Source: Mobula hypostoma
Lineage: Eukaryota
DNA length: 64,000 nt
Reading direction: 5' to 3'
NCBI RefSeq assembly: GCF_963921235.1
Contig: NC_086097.1
Location: 44,518,001-44,582,000 of the forward strand
The notes below the pieces were generated by a model. That model was given only the letters and a program-made list of their open reading frames with translations. It was not told the DNA's origin and ran no database searches. Positions 50,728 through 62,759 of this stretch are shown here, one piece after another. Both the position numbers and the translations under genes were made by a program. The stretch's first letter is position 1. Each line of letters starts with the position of its first letter.

Positions 50728-51604
50728 TGTGACGAGAATACACATAAATTAAGATGTTTGCTGGCCTGGGCTAGCATCAGTGGCATCAGCAGTTAGTCTG
50801 CCACCTGCCCTCAGGGGAGGGAGAGATAAGGCACACAATGAAGCAGCATTTGGAGGTGTTAATGAAGGAGCCATCAGTCTGGGTATTGTTAAGAGTGGCT
50901 CCCCCTTTGAACCCTGAACTGTTTGAAGTGATGGACAGGTGATACCCCAGCAGGGGGATAAAAAGAGACAGGTTCGCTAAGGAAGGACACACGACACCCC
51001 GAGGTAACGAGACCCTGGAAGCGGTGCGCCTCTCACAAGTCGGTGGGAAGCTCTTGGACGGCTGATCGGGGGATCAGCCTTAAACGCACAGGGTGGAAAG
51101 GTACGATCAGCGGGAACCCGGTGTGTGTCCGCCCTCACTTGGGTGCCGGGTTCACTGCAGAGGATCGACCGCATCTGGAGGAGGGGTCACAGTCGGTGAC
51201 CTCAGGTGACATCACAAAGGACCCGCCCGAAAGCTGCTTGTGAGCAATATCGCCGGTCTGTGAGTGGAAACCGTTCTGAATGATCAGTCGTTCTCGTTCT
51301 CTCTCTCCCTCCCACCATGTTGTCCATCGCCATGGCAACGATTACTGCGAACTGAACTGAACTGAACTTTGTGTCACTTTGAAACTGGTCATTTGCCCCT
51401 AGACAACGATAGAGCTTGATTGATCCTGTTATCTTAATTCTGTGCACATGTGTGTTTATCATTGCTGAACTGTTGCATTTATTATCCTTTCGATTACTGT
51501 GTTGCTTGTTTCTTTAATAAAACTTTCTTAGTTCTAATAATCCAGACTCCAACTGAGTGATCCATTTCTGCTGGTTTGGCAACCCAGTTACGGGGTACGT
51601 AACA
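50728..51604 (+). mobile_element. Solo LTR (877 bp) with 4-bp TSD
   Basis: TGT...ACA termini and TSD GGCT at 50724-50727 and 51605-51608. TATA-like GATAAAA near 50957 and AATAAA at 51516-51521. CpG-rich interior. It splits the CR1 endonuclease GGGVAL motif. Confidence 0.9.
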
Positions 51605-52786
51605 GGCTCTACTGGTAAGAGATGGAATTATATCTTTAGAAAGAGGTGACGTAGGATCAGAAAAGGTCAAATCTTTGTGGGTGGAGTTAAAAAAGTGCAA
51701 GAGTGAAAAGAAACCATTATGGGAACCATATATAGGCCTCCAAATGGTAGCCGAGATGTGGGGTTGAGATTACAAAGAGAGCTGGAAAGGGCATGAAATA
51801 AGGATAAAGTCACAATTGTAATGGGGAACTTCAATATGCAAGGGGATTGGGAAAATCAGCTTGGTGTTGATCACAAGAGAGGGAAGTTGTTGAATGTCTA
51901 TGAGATGGCTTTTTAAAGTAGCTCGTCCTCAAGCCTACTCGGGGAAAGGCTATCTTAGACTGGGTGTTGTGTAATGACCCAGATTTTATTAGTCAGCTAA
52001 ATATAAAGGAACCCATAGGAGGCAGTGATCATACTGCAATTTGAAAGGGAGAAGCACAAGTCACATGTATCAGTATCACAGTGGGATAAGGGGGATTACA
52101 GAGGCATGAGAGAGGAGTTTGCCCAAGTGGATTGGAGGGGGATACTGGCAGGGATGACAGCAGAACAGAGGTGGCTGAAGTTTCTGGGAATAGTTCACAA
52201 GGCACAGGATAGATATGTCCCACAGAAGAAGTTCTCAAATGGCAGGGCTAGGTAACCATAGTTGTCGAGGGAAGTTAAGGACTGTTCAGAAGCCAAGGAA
52301 GTGGCATATAACAAAAGTGGGAAGTTGGGTGATTAAAAAGCTTTTAAAATCCAACAAAAGGCAACTAAAAAAGCGATAAGAATTGAAAAGATGAAATATA
52401 AGGGCAAACTAGCAGGAAATATAAAGCAGGATACTAAAAGTTTTTTCAGTTATATAAAGAATAAAAGGGAGTTGAGAGTTGATATTGGACCACTGGAAAA
52501 TGATGCTGGTGAGGTAGTAATGGAAGATAAAGAAATGGCAGATGAACTTAATAAGTACTTTGCTTCAGTCTTTACCGTGGAAGGCACTAGCTGTACGCTA
52601 GAGCTCCGTGAGGGTCAGGGAGCAGGAGTAAATGTGATTCCAGCTGCTACCAACCGGGAAATGGTACCACAGCACTAAAACCAGGACCAATCGGCTCTGG
52701 GATAGCTTCTTCCACTAGGCAATCAGCCTGATAAATTCATGCTGATACATTGTATTTCTATGCTATATTGACTGTTCTGTTGTATA

Positions 52787-53068
52787 CGAGGGGTGATCGA
52801 TAAGTTTGTGGCCTAAGGTAGAAGGAGTCAATTTTAGAAAACCTAGCACATTTATTTTTCCTACATTTACACACTTAGTCCAGTGGTCGTGGAGCATATG
52901 GATCCCTTCTTTGTAGAAGTCGGCGTCTTGGACCTCCAGAAAGTGGTCCACAGCAGGGGTAATTGATAAGTTCATGGCCTAAGGTAGAAGGAGATGAGTT
53001 ATTAACTTCAAAGTTTCTGCATTTTCACTCAGAGTTGAAGTGCAAGTGCATGTGACAAGAGCTGTATA
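52787..53068 (-). mobile_element. Mariner-family transposon fragment
   Basis: TA|CGAGGGGTGATCGATAAGTT terminus. The reverse peptide AVDHFLEVQDADFYKEGIHMLHDHWTKCVNVG resembles a mariner transposase C-terminus. Confidence 0.75.
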
Positions 53069-54766
53069 CACTCTGGAAGGTCTTAAGGTGGATAAGTCAC
53101 CTGGACCAGATGGACAACATCCCAGAGTCCTGAGAGAGGTTGCTGAAGAGATAACAGATGCATTGGTCATGATCTTTCAAGAATCACTTGATTCTGGCAT
53201 GGTCCCGGAGGACTGGAAAATTGTAAGTGTCACTCCACTCTTTAAGAAGGGAGGAAGACAAAATTGATGAAATTATAGGCCAGCTACTCTAACCTCAGTT
53301 TTTGGGAAAGAGTTGGAGTCCATTATTAAGGATGAGTTTTCGGGGTATTTGGAGACTAATGATAAAATAAGTCAAAGTCAGCATGGTTTCTCTAAAGGGA
53401 AAATTTCCCTGACAAATCTGTTAAGAGTTCTTTGAGGAAGTAACAAGCAGGGTGGACAAAGGGGAGGCAGTGGATGTCATTTACTTAGATTATCAGAAGT
53501 CATTTGACAACATGAGGCTGCTTAACAAGATAAAATCCTATGACATTACAGGAAGGATACTGGCATGGATAGAGGAATGGTGACAGGCAGGAGGCAGCAA
53601 GTGGGAATAAAGGGGGCTTTTTTCAGTTGGCTGCCAGGAACTAGTGGTGTTCCTCAGGGGTCAGTATTGGGACCGCTACTTTACACATTGTTTGTTAAAG
53701 ATTTAGATAATGGAATTGATGGCTTTGTGGCAAAGCTTGAAGATAATACAAAGATAGGTGGAGGGGTAGGTAGTGCTGAGGAAACAATGTGATTGCAGCA
53801 GGACTTAGACATATTGGAAGAATGGGCAAAAAGTGACAGATGGAATACAGAGTTGGGAAACGTATGACAATACATTTTGGTAAAAGGAACAATAGTGCAG
53901 ACTATTATCTAAATGGGGAGAAAATTAAAACATCAGACGTGCAAAGGGAGTTAGGAGTCCTTGTGCAAGACTCTCAGAAGGTTAATTTATAGGTTGAGTC
54001 TACGGTAAAGAAGGCAAAGGAAATGTTGGGATTTGTTTTAAGGGGAATAGAATATAAAAGCATGGAGATAATGCTGAAGCTTTATAAGGCACTAGTCAGG
54101 CTGCACTTGGAGCACCATCAACGGGTTTGGGCCCCTATTCTCAGAAAGAGAGAGAGTCCAGAGGAGGTTCACAAGGATGATTCTGGAAATTAAGGGGTTA
54201 ACATATGACGAGCATTTGTCAGCTTTGGGCCTGTACTCAGTGGAATTTAGAAGAATGTGTGGGGATCTCATTGAAGTCTACCAAATGTTGAAAGGATTGG
54301 ATAAGGTGGATGTGGAGAGGATGTTTCCTCTGGTGGGGTATCCAGAACTAGAAGGCACAGACCCTAAATTGAGGGGCGACCTTTTAGAACAGAAAGTAAG
54401 GAGGAATATTTTTAGCCAAAGAGTGGTGAATCTGTGGAATGCTCTGCCACAGACTCAATGGGCTGAAGGGCCTAATTCTGTTCATATGTTTTATGGTCTA
54501 AATAGATTAAGGTGTGGTCTTAGCCATCTTTTCCCCTTTTTCTAAACTTGTAAGTTTATGTTATCAAGAATCTTGTCTGTTTTGCATGCTGTTGGGAATT
54601 TTATCGGGCAGGGAGGAGTTCTGAATTGCTCCCATTTGACCACTGCAGATTAAATATTTATGTGGTGCTTCCAGGAAGTCTAGTGTGGTAGGGTAGTGGG
54701 TAGTACTTGTCACTTTCACTTTTAGCTTCCACCACTGGCTAGCAATCTTGCAAAAAGGAGAGCTGA

Positions 54767-54880
54767 ATGTGTCAGTCTCTCCCTGCCAGTACACAGTCTC
54801 TGTAACAGCAAGCCTCATGCAGTGCCTCCTCGCTGGTGACACACGGAAACTGAACTCCTTCGGTCTCAGGCAGAACTACA
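54767..54880 (+). ncRNA. HDV-like self-cleaving ribozyme motif (slightly decayed)
   Basis: P1 (A)TGTGTC 54767-73 / GACACAC 54838-44. P2 TGCAGT 54818-23 / ACTACA 54875-80 (5 of 6 pairs). P3 GCC/GGT around L3 TCCTCGCT. P1.1 CC/GG 54845-46. P4 CTGA.AC/GTCTCAG. J4/2 G-CAGA with candidate catalytic C54871. Confidence 0.75.
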
Positions 54881-55268
54881 GAGGCCGGGGAGGAGGTCTG
54901 GCCCCTGCACACACATAGTACACAGACCCATCGCTGTGTGGACGCGCCCTGGTGCTCGTGAACCAGATCCCCACATAGGCAGCCTCAGGAGAGACGAAGA
55001 CTATGATAGTAATCCCAGAAAGCAAATCCGGAGTGGAGCCCCTCAGGCGGCTGGACATCATTGAACATCCTTCCGGCAACTCCTGCAGCCAAGCTGGTGC
55101 CAAACGTATTGCTTCATAAGCTTTTCTTCGGACTACACTGGTGAGACCGAGAGGGGGACCTTGACGACTGGGCATCTCAGGATATCCATACTTTTCAGCC
55201 TGGCTTGTGATGATGATGACCATCACCCATTGTCCTTCAAGGCAGTCGGATGCCTACCACCACCACCA
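54767..55268 (+). mobile_element. Short non-autonomous RTE-derived element
   Basis: Starts with an HDV-like fold, carries the RTE-type 5' motif GAAAGCAAATCCGGAGTGGAGCCCC (recognised from memory of RTE families), and ends in an (ACC)n tail. No coding capacity. Confidence 0.6.
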
Positions 55269-57214
55269 AATGTTCAAAGAGGAATTCAGTATTTTTCTAC
55301 AGAAAGGAGAGCCATCAGCTTTCTGAACCCTGGTGGCACTTGTGCTCTGCTAAAGTAAGATATTTGATTTGAGCTGGTGAGACCAGTGCATTTTTGATGT
55401 TCTAACCATCTAATTGTAACCTCAATAGATTAAGTTCAGAAATAAAATAATCTATAAATTAGCAGGACTAAGACTCCATTGACAGTGGTGAAGCAGCATG
55501 GAGGAGGGAACCAGCATGTGCTATTTGCCAGTGAAACAACATTTATGGATGTTCCATTTCATTTGCAATAATTAATGATGCTGGCACTTCTTGTGGTCAG
55601 AAAGTCAAGTACTAAAAAAAAGGCTATTTAAGTTTGAATGTAGGATTGGTGGCTGTGTTGGAGGTAGGGCAAGATTACTTTGCTTTATTACTATAATTCA
55701 ATATGTAAAACAATGGATATGTAGAGTGCTGTCTTTATACCAACTCAAAGGAAAGTGTGCTGAAGTTTCCAAGACAAATAAAAGCAAGAAAAGATTTCTA
55801 CTTATATTGTCAAAGTATTTACGAAGAACCAAAAGCCATACATTTTTAACATGAAATATTGATAGAATGCTGTAGTTTGAAACTGAAACCAAGCCCTTAG
55901 TAAATTCTAGTATCTGTGCTTTCCCTATATGTGATATAAAATATCAGTGTGTGCATATATGGGAAAAATTAAAAAATGCTCCACACAAAAGGCACTTTGA
56001 AATGACTTGAATATTCAATCGAGTCTGCCCTAATATAAATGTTTGGTACTATTGCATGGCACGGTTATTGTTTAGCCTTGCAATTGGCACAACATCCTGT
56101 TTTATTCTAAAATCCTATAATCATCTAACTGCTGACTAACTATGTGAATAGAGTCTTGTTTCATGCTTATATCTCCAGTTTTATGAAGGATTTTCCTTTG
56201 CAGTTTAATAATCAGAAATCTATAACAAGGAAAAGATTATAGAAAATCCAGGGCACATGTACAATGAGATTTTATCTGTGTGAATCTAACACACTGCTGT
56301 ATTAGTAGGAGGGCATTTGCAAAAAGAAGAAGAAAAGGTAAAATTTGACCACAGTGAAGGATTCTGACAAGAAATCTAAGTGCTGTTGCACTGTAAGCCT
56401 TATGTGGGTGATTCAACATACAAATTGTGACATATTATGTCGCTATAGTTGAACATAGCAGGAAGATCTGGACTGCAATCAGGATAGGACTGTTAGTACT
56501 TATAATACACATATGGAGACAATCTGTTGGGGGAGAAACTAACCATTTCCCACTGACATTGAATGGGCAAATCATTATCATTTTTTTGGATTAAAATTGA
56601 CTAGCAATGTAATTGGACTAACACTATGAACACTGCAGATACAAAGTGGGCCAGAAGTTGTATTTTCTATAGCGATGGAATCACCTACTAATTCTCCAAT
56701 TCTCTATCTTTATCAATTAGATGCCAAATGAGGAATAAAATATACTTCTGGTGCAAAACCAAAAATGACTGAAAAGACTTCATTTCATGAAGAAATGAGC
56801 TGAAGAATTTATATAACAATAACAAACTTGTTTCACTTTGGTGTTGAAAATTTACTTGAAGCTAAAATTAATATTCACAAACTACGTAATTTAAATGACA
56901 ATTCTTCTGACAATACCATGTCTCCACTGACATTGGACCAAACTACACTAACTCTACACAATACTTGTCCACAGTCCTTACATACACACATAGAAGCCCC
57001 ACAAGCTTTGGTGATATTCTTCATTATAGCATTACATCACGCAGATATCATGTACCAACCTTACCCATGCCTGGCAGATGGTGGAGGGAATAAATGGCTA
57101 CAGTGGCAAATGATGGACCAAACAGCTTTGTTTCCAGTTCCTCTGTGCAAAATCAGAGCAGGCAGTGAAATAAAACTTTAAATTCCCTTTGATTTGAGTC
57201 AGAGAGAGATACAA

Positions 57215-57495
57215 CTTGGAAACAAGCCCTTAGGTGCACCAAGTCTGTGCCAATTGCCATCCACTGTTTGCACCAATCTTGCATTAATCCCATTTTTATT
57301 CTCCGCACATTCTACCACTCACCTTTATCAGGAACAACTGACAATGCTGAATTAACCTAGCAATATTCACCTCTTTGGGATGTGAGAGAAACCAGGAGCA
57401 CCTTGAGATGACCCATGTGGCCACAGGGAAAACATGCCAACTCCACACAGGACACGATTGAATCTAGGTTTCTACTCACTGTACTGCTGTGCTGA
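57215..57495 (-). mobile_element. Decayed V-SINE-like element with CR1-type tail
   Basis: V-domain-like ctttgggatgtg..gaaacc.ggagcacc..acccatgtgg.cacaggga.aacatgc.aactccacacag. Confidence 0.55.
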
Positions 57496-58183
57496 TGGGC
57501 TGTGCGACTGTGTATTTATTTAATAGCTTTAGTTTTTGCATATTATTTTTTGTAGCAACTATCAAAATTATTTAAATGACTTTTAAAAACAATGTGAAAG
57601 CAGTGAGAAGCCAAGCCCTTTCTTGCTCACTGGGATGAGTCTTGTACCAATGCGTACCCACCTCAGTAACAGAACAAAATCAGCAGAAGCTGCCACTGCC
57701 TTTCCTATTTCATTCATTTGCAGTCATGTCAAACCATACACATTTGTGGAGAAGAAACTGAATTAAAAATTAAAACAGTCAAATCCTCAACTGAACTTTT
57801 TCCTGTTATCTGCATCTGAAAATGCACCATGTACTGAGTTACAGGAAGATAATTTTTTTGGTTTCTACTTGTACCCTTAGTTATCTGAAGCATACAGATA
57901 TTGAAAGAGTAAAGATTCAGATTTGGTCTGGGGCATTTCATAAATGAATAGCTGTGAATGCTCACTTAATTTTTAATGTTTAAAACATAAACTTTTTATG
58001 TGAGAAAAAGGTAATATACTCATGACATCCATGAACTATAAGCCATACATAATGATAATGGTGATCGCTTATATTAGTTACTTTGGCTCAATTGTTTTAA
58101 AAAGCAGGGAGGGTACCTGATGTCGAAGCCATTGTTTTATTGTCTCAAAACAGCACCAGTAAAAATAGATTGGTTAGTAAATC

Positions 58184-59880
58184 AACACACATCAAAGTTG
58201 CTGGTGAACGCAGCAGGCCAGGCAGCATCTCTAGGAAGAGGTATAGTCGACCTTTCGGGCCGAGACCTTTCGTCAGGACTAACTGAAAGAAGAAATAGTA
58301 AGAGATTTGAAAGTGGGAGGGGGAGGGGGAGATCAGAAATGATAGGAGAAGACAGGAGGGGGAGGGATGGAGCCAAGAGCTGGACAGGTGATTGGCAAAA
58401 GGGATATGAGAGGATCATGAGACAGAAGGCCCGGGGAGAAAGAAAAGGGGGAGGGGGGGAAGCCCAGAGGATGGGCAAGTAGTGAGAGGGACAGAGAGAA
58501 AAAAAAATATCTATCTATCTATCTATATATATAATAACGGATGGGGTACGAGGGGGAGGTGGGGCATTAACGGAAGTTAGAGAAGTCAATGTTCATGCCA
58601 TCAGGTTGGAGGCTACCCAGACAGAATATAAGGTGTTGTTCCTCCAACATGAGTGTGGCTTCATCTTGACAGTAGAAGAGGCCGTGGATAGACGTATCAG
58701 AATGGGAATGGGATGTGGACTCAGCATGAGGCTTTTCATTCCAGGAGGAGGGAGATGTCCTCCTTTTTTAAAGAAAGGGGTTTCCCTTCCTCCACCATCA
58801 ACTCTGCTCTCAAACGCATCTCCCCCATTTCATGTACATCTGCTCTCACTCCATCCTCCCGTCACCCCTGGTCCTCACCTACCACCCCACCAGCCTCTGG
58901 GTCCAATATATTATTCTCTGTAACTTCCGCCACCTCCAACGGGATCCCACCACTAAGCACATCTTTCCCTCCCCCCCTCTGCTTTCTGCAGGGATTGCTC
59001 CCTACGCGACTCCCTTGTCCATTCGTTCCCTCTATCCCTCCCCACTGATCTCCCTCCTGGCACTTATCCTTGTAAGCGGAACAAGTGCTACAAATGCCCT
59101 TACACTTCCTCCCTCACCACCATTCAGGGCCCCAGACAGTCCTTCCAGGTGAGGCGACACTTCACCTGTGAGTCGGCTGGGGTGATATACTGCGTCCGAT
59201 GCTCCTGATGTGGCCTTCTATATATTGGCGAGACCTGACGCAGACTGGGAGGTCATTTTGCTGAACACCTACGCTCTGTCTGCCAGAGAAAGCAAGATCT
59301 CCCAGTGGCCACACATTTTAATTCCACATCCCATTCCCATTCTGATATGTCTATCCACGGCCTCCTCTACAGCTGAAACAACACTCAGGTTGGAGGAACA
59401 CCACCTTATATTCCATCTGGGTAGCCTCCAACCTGATGGTATGAACATTGACTTCTCAAACTTCTGCTAATGCCCCACCTCCCCCTCGTACCCCATCCGT
59501 TATTTATTTATATACACACATTCTTTCTCTCTCTCTCCTTTTTCTCCCTCTGTCCCCCTTGCCCATCCTCTGGGCTTCCCCCCCTCCCCCTTTTCCTTCT
59601 CCCTGGGCCTCCTGTCCCATGATCCTCTCATATCCCTTTTGCCAATCACCTGTCCAGCTCTTGGCTCCATCCCTCCCCCTCCTGTCTCTCCTATCATTTT
59701 GGATCTCCCCCCCCCCTTTCAAATCTCTTACTATCTCTTCCTTCAGTTAGTCCTGACGAAGGGTCTCGGCTCGAAACGTCGACTGTACCTCTTCCTAGAG
59801 ATGCTGCCTGGCCTGCTGCGTTCACCAACAACTTTGATGTGTATTGCTTGAATTTCAAGCATCTGCAGAATTCCTCGTGT
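58184..59880 (+). mobile_element. Penelope-like element with long inverted terminal repeat and 14-bp TSD
   Basis: The left arm 58184-58719 is the reverse complement of the right end (~59320-59850). The body encodes MSSFFKERGFP, LVLTYHP and GIY-YIG remnants. TSD TTGGTTAGTAAATC lies at 58170-58183 and 59881-59894. Confidence 0.93.
59749..59784 (+). ncRNA. Minimal hammerhead ribozyme motif (core intact)
   Basis: AGTC-CTGACGA-A-GGGTCTCGGCTC-GAAA-CGTC-GACT. Confidence 0.75.
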
Positions 59881-60267
59881 TTGGTTAGTAAATCCATATT
59901 TTAATATGAAAATTGGTCAGATAGAGTGGTCTCCAATCAGAAATGCAATGAATTGAAAAATATCTATCACTGACCATGTGTCATGTGAACTGGTGTTTCA
60001 AAATAAAGGAACGGCCAGGGTCTATTGCAGAACTACAAATGTCATCAGCCCGCAAAAATTGTTGCTTTAACTATAGGAATCATATGCATTGGTCATGTTT
60101 CATTAGCTTAAGTAGAAAGCCACTTCCCTCTTTCATTGATTTCAAAAAGGAAGCCTGCATGTTGAGCAATCTTCTTCTTGAAGAGAATGACAGTGGAACC
60201 CATGTTTATTAGTATGTTTATTTCACTTTAATATGTAGGAATTGAAAACCATCATTCCTAGGGATTG

Positions 60268-60453
60268 GCTGCATCTATGGCGAAGAGCACAGTCGATGTT
60301 TTGGACCGAGACCCTTCGTCATTCCAGCCCTGATGAAGGGTTTCGGTCCGAAATGTCGACTGTACTGGCCTGCTGAGTTCCTCCAGCATTGTGTGTGTGT
60401 GTGTGTGTGTGTTGCTTGGATTTCCAGCATCTGCCGATTTTCTCTTGTTTGTG
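60268..60453. mobile_element. ~190-bp non-autonomous PLE-terminus element with back-to-back hammerhead motifs and TSD
   Basis: Reverse partial hammerhead at 60290-60321 and forward CTGATGA..GAAATGTC at 60325-60362. TSD ATTCCTAGG(G/A)ATTG lies at 60254-60267 and 60454-60467. Confidence 0.8.
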
Positions 60454-61274
60454 ATTCCTAGGAATTGTCTCTATTTCTTGATGAAAGTTGGCACGAATTT
60501 CATTACATACCACCCACCTGTCCATCACTACCAAAATGCCATTCCTGGGTCTTACCTACCAACAATCCTGCTCTAATTGATGCCTTGTTTACTTATGGAT
60601 TTCTTTGCAATTTGGAATTTTAATCAAAATGTAGTGTAGTTGATTGTAAAATGATTGTAAAATTCAGCTTAAACTCCACTTGGGAGAAGGGAAATCGACC
60701 CAACATTGTCATAAATTGGTGAGAATACTTTGATAATTATCACTCCTTTGTAGCTAGCAAATTAACGGCTCTGAATAAGTCAGTTTATCAGATACCTTAC
60801 TCGCATTTGTCTGATTAACATCTGTTTTCATTCTGGTGAATTGGCATTTGTGCAGTCTACCCCCATATCGCTATATCTTCACAAGCTGTACCCAAAACTG
60901 AGCGTAGTCCTGCAGGAGGGATGTGACCAAGTTTCCACCGGTATGAGACGTACTGCCAATGTTGGCTCAGTAAAATCCTGCAAGTACAAGTAAACCAATG
61001 TTAGTATCCTCTCTCTGGCCAAGGTTCCCAATATGGATACTCCAGCTACACTCCATCTGCACTAACAAGCTAGCCAGTTTGTTCAATTCTGTCACACTGG
61101 CCTCCTGCAATAAGCACTCTACTCTACTCTGAATGTTATTACATCATAGAATTATTAGGAGTCTTTCTGGACTCTCATCAGATCCTCACATGAAAGGTGC
61201 AATGACATTGTAAAGGAGGAGCTGTCCTAAACAATAATTATCATTCATTCAACATTCTTCAAATGAATGGAGCA

Positions 61275-62460
61275 CAAAAGACTGCAGCTGCTGGAATCAG
61301 GAGCAAAAACAAATTGTTGGCATCTGTGGAGGCAAATCATTGATCAATGTTTTGAGTCAAGAGCCTGATTCATAACTGAGAAGATAGTGAGTGTATAGAA
61401 TTCAGAGGGAATGAGTAAGATAGAGGCTGGTAGGGAAAAGCTGGTGAATCAGGCAAGGAGGGTGAGTGTGATGATAGGCAGATGGAGGAGGAGAAGAAAT
61501 TGAGACAGTTTGTAGATGCTAAGTGGAACCAAATACTAAAAGATGTAGGCAAAAAGTTGGGGTATAGGAGGGGAGGGGAGGGAGAGGGGGGGAGGAAGAG
61601 GGGGGAGAGGGGGAGGGGAGGGAGGAGGGAGAGGGGGAAAGGGGAGGGAAAGGGGGAGAGGCGGAGAGGGAGAAAAGAGAGATCCTACATGGACTGGTGA
61701 GGGTGGGAAAGGAAAACAGAGGCATTGTTTAACTGAAATAAAATATTCAATAGTCATACCACTTGGTTGAAGACTATCACACGCACATGAATCTCTGAGT
61801 CAGCTGGAAGGTTTGTTTAAGTCCTTCCTTACACATACACCTCCTCCAACATGGTCCATTGCATTCAGTGCCCACAATTCAGCCCCTCTACATTGGCAAG
61901 GCGGAAAGCAGACTAAGCAATTGTTTTTCATGTGTACCTGTGCTCTCTCCACAATGGCCACCTTGAGTTCTTGAGTGCAGGTCCTTTCTTCTCTCCCTCC
62001 CAATCCCACACCAACTTGTCTGTCCTTGGACATCTCCACTGCTTTGGGTGAGGCTAAGCGGAGGACCAGTCTCTCATATTTTGCGCCAGTCCAAGGGTAT
62101 GAACGCTGAGTTTTTCGATTTCAAGTAACACACTTCCTGTGTTCCTTTTTTACTCCCATTAGTCCACCCAGAGTCTTTCTCCCCTTGTTCACCTCCATCC
62201 CTCCCCCACCCTTGTTACTAAGATTCATCATCCTTCCTTTATCTGATACCATCTCAATACTTCCCCTCCCCAGCCTTGACCTTGGGTCACTGTTTCCTTC
62301 TTACTCACTGGTTCCACTCATTTCTGATTTATCCCTCCCCTTGGCTTCTAATATACTGGTTACTTTGCCTCTACACTTCCAGTCCTGGTACAGAGTCTCT
62401 ACCCAAAACATTGACCTTGTGTCCACAGAAACTGCTTAGCCTGTTGAGTTCCTCCAAGTT
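61275..62460. mobile_element. Highly decayed PLE with inverted arms
   Basis: Terminal-repeat remnants at both ends, an expanded purine tract at 61560-61680, and GIY-YIG remnants (gcccctctacattggcaaggcggaa) on + from ~61800. Confidence 0.55.
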
Positions 62461-62759
62461 TTTTTTTAACTCCTCTAAATGAAACTTCTGGTCATTATCA
62501 CATTGTTGGAGTTTATTGTAGGGACTAAATCCCTGCAGCACACAGCAGTGACTATACTCCAGTGCCTATGATTAATTTGGCATTTCTTAGGTTGTGAAAA
62601 GCTTTGTATGACCCAAGTCTTTCTTTTTTTATGTAAGAAAAATCATTTGTTTGCTAAATACAGAACTTCCCCATGAGGGGATGAGTTATGAAATTATAAC
62701 CAGTATTATTAGGAAGGAATAAATATGATACCTATGTAACCCAAACCACAACAGGCACT

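Larger units (their letters stand above)
50385..54500 (+). mobile_element. Long decayed CR1 (ORF1 end plus ORF2), interrupted by a solo LTR, a LINE scrap and a mariner fragment
   Basis: GYTLYRKDRQ..GGVA|LL, YRPP, KSFFSYIKNK, KSPGPDGQHPRVL, GVPQGSVLGPLL and RNIFSQRVVNLWNALP. Confidence 0.88.

Noticed and set aside
56180..56340. Acceptor/donor pair suggesting an exon
   Set aside because: Stops in all three frames and no other support.
61482..61757. Gly/Arg/Glu-rich and Pro-rich ORFs
   Set aside because: Translations of an expanded purine tract within a decayed PLE.
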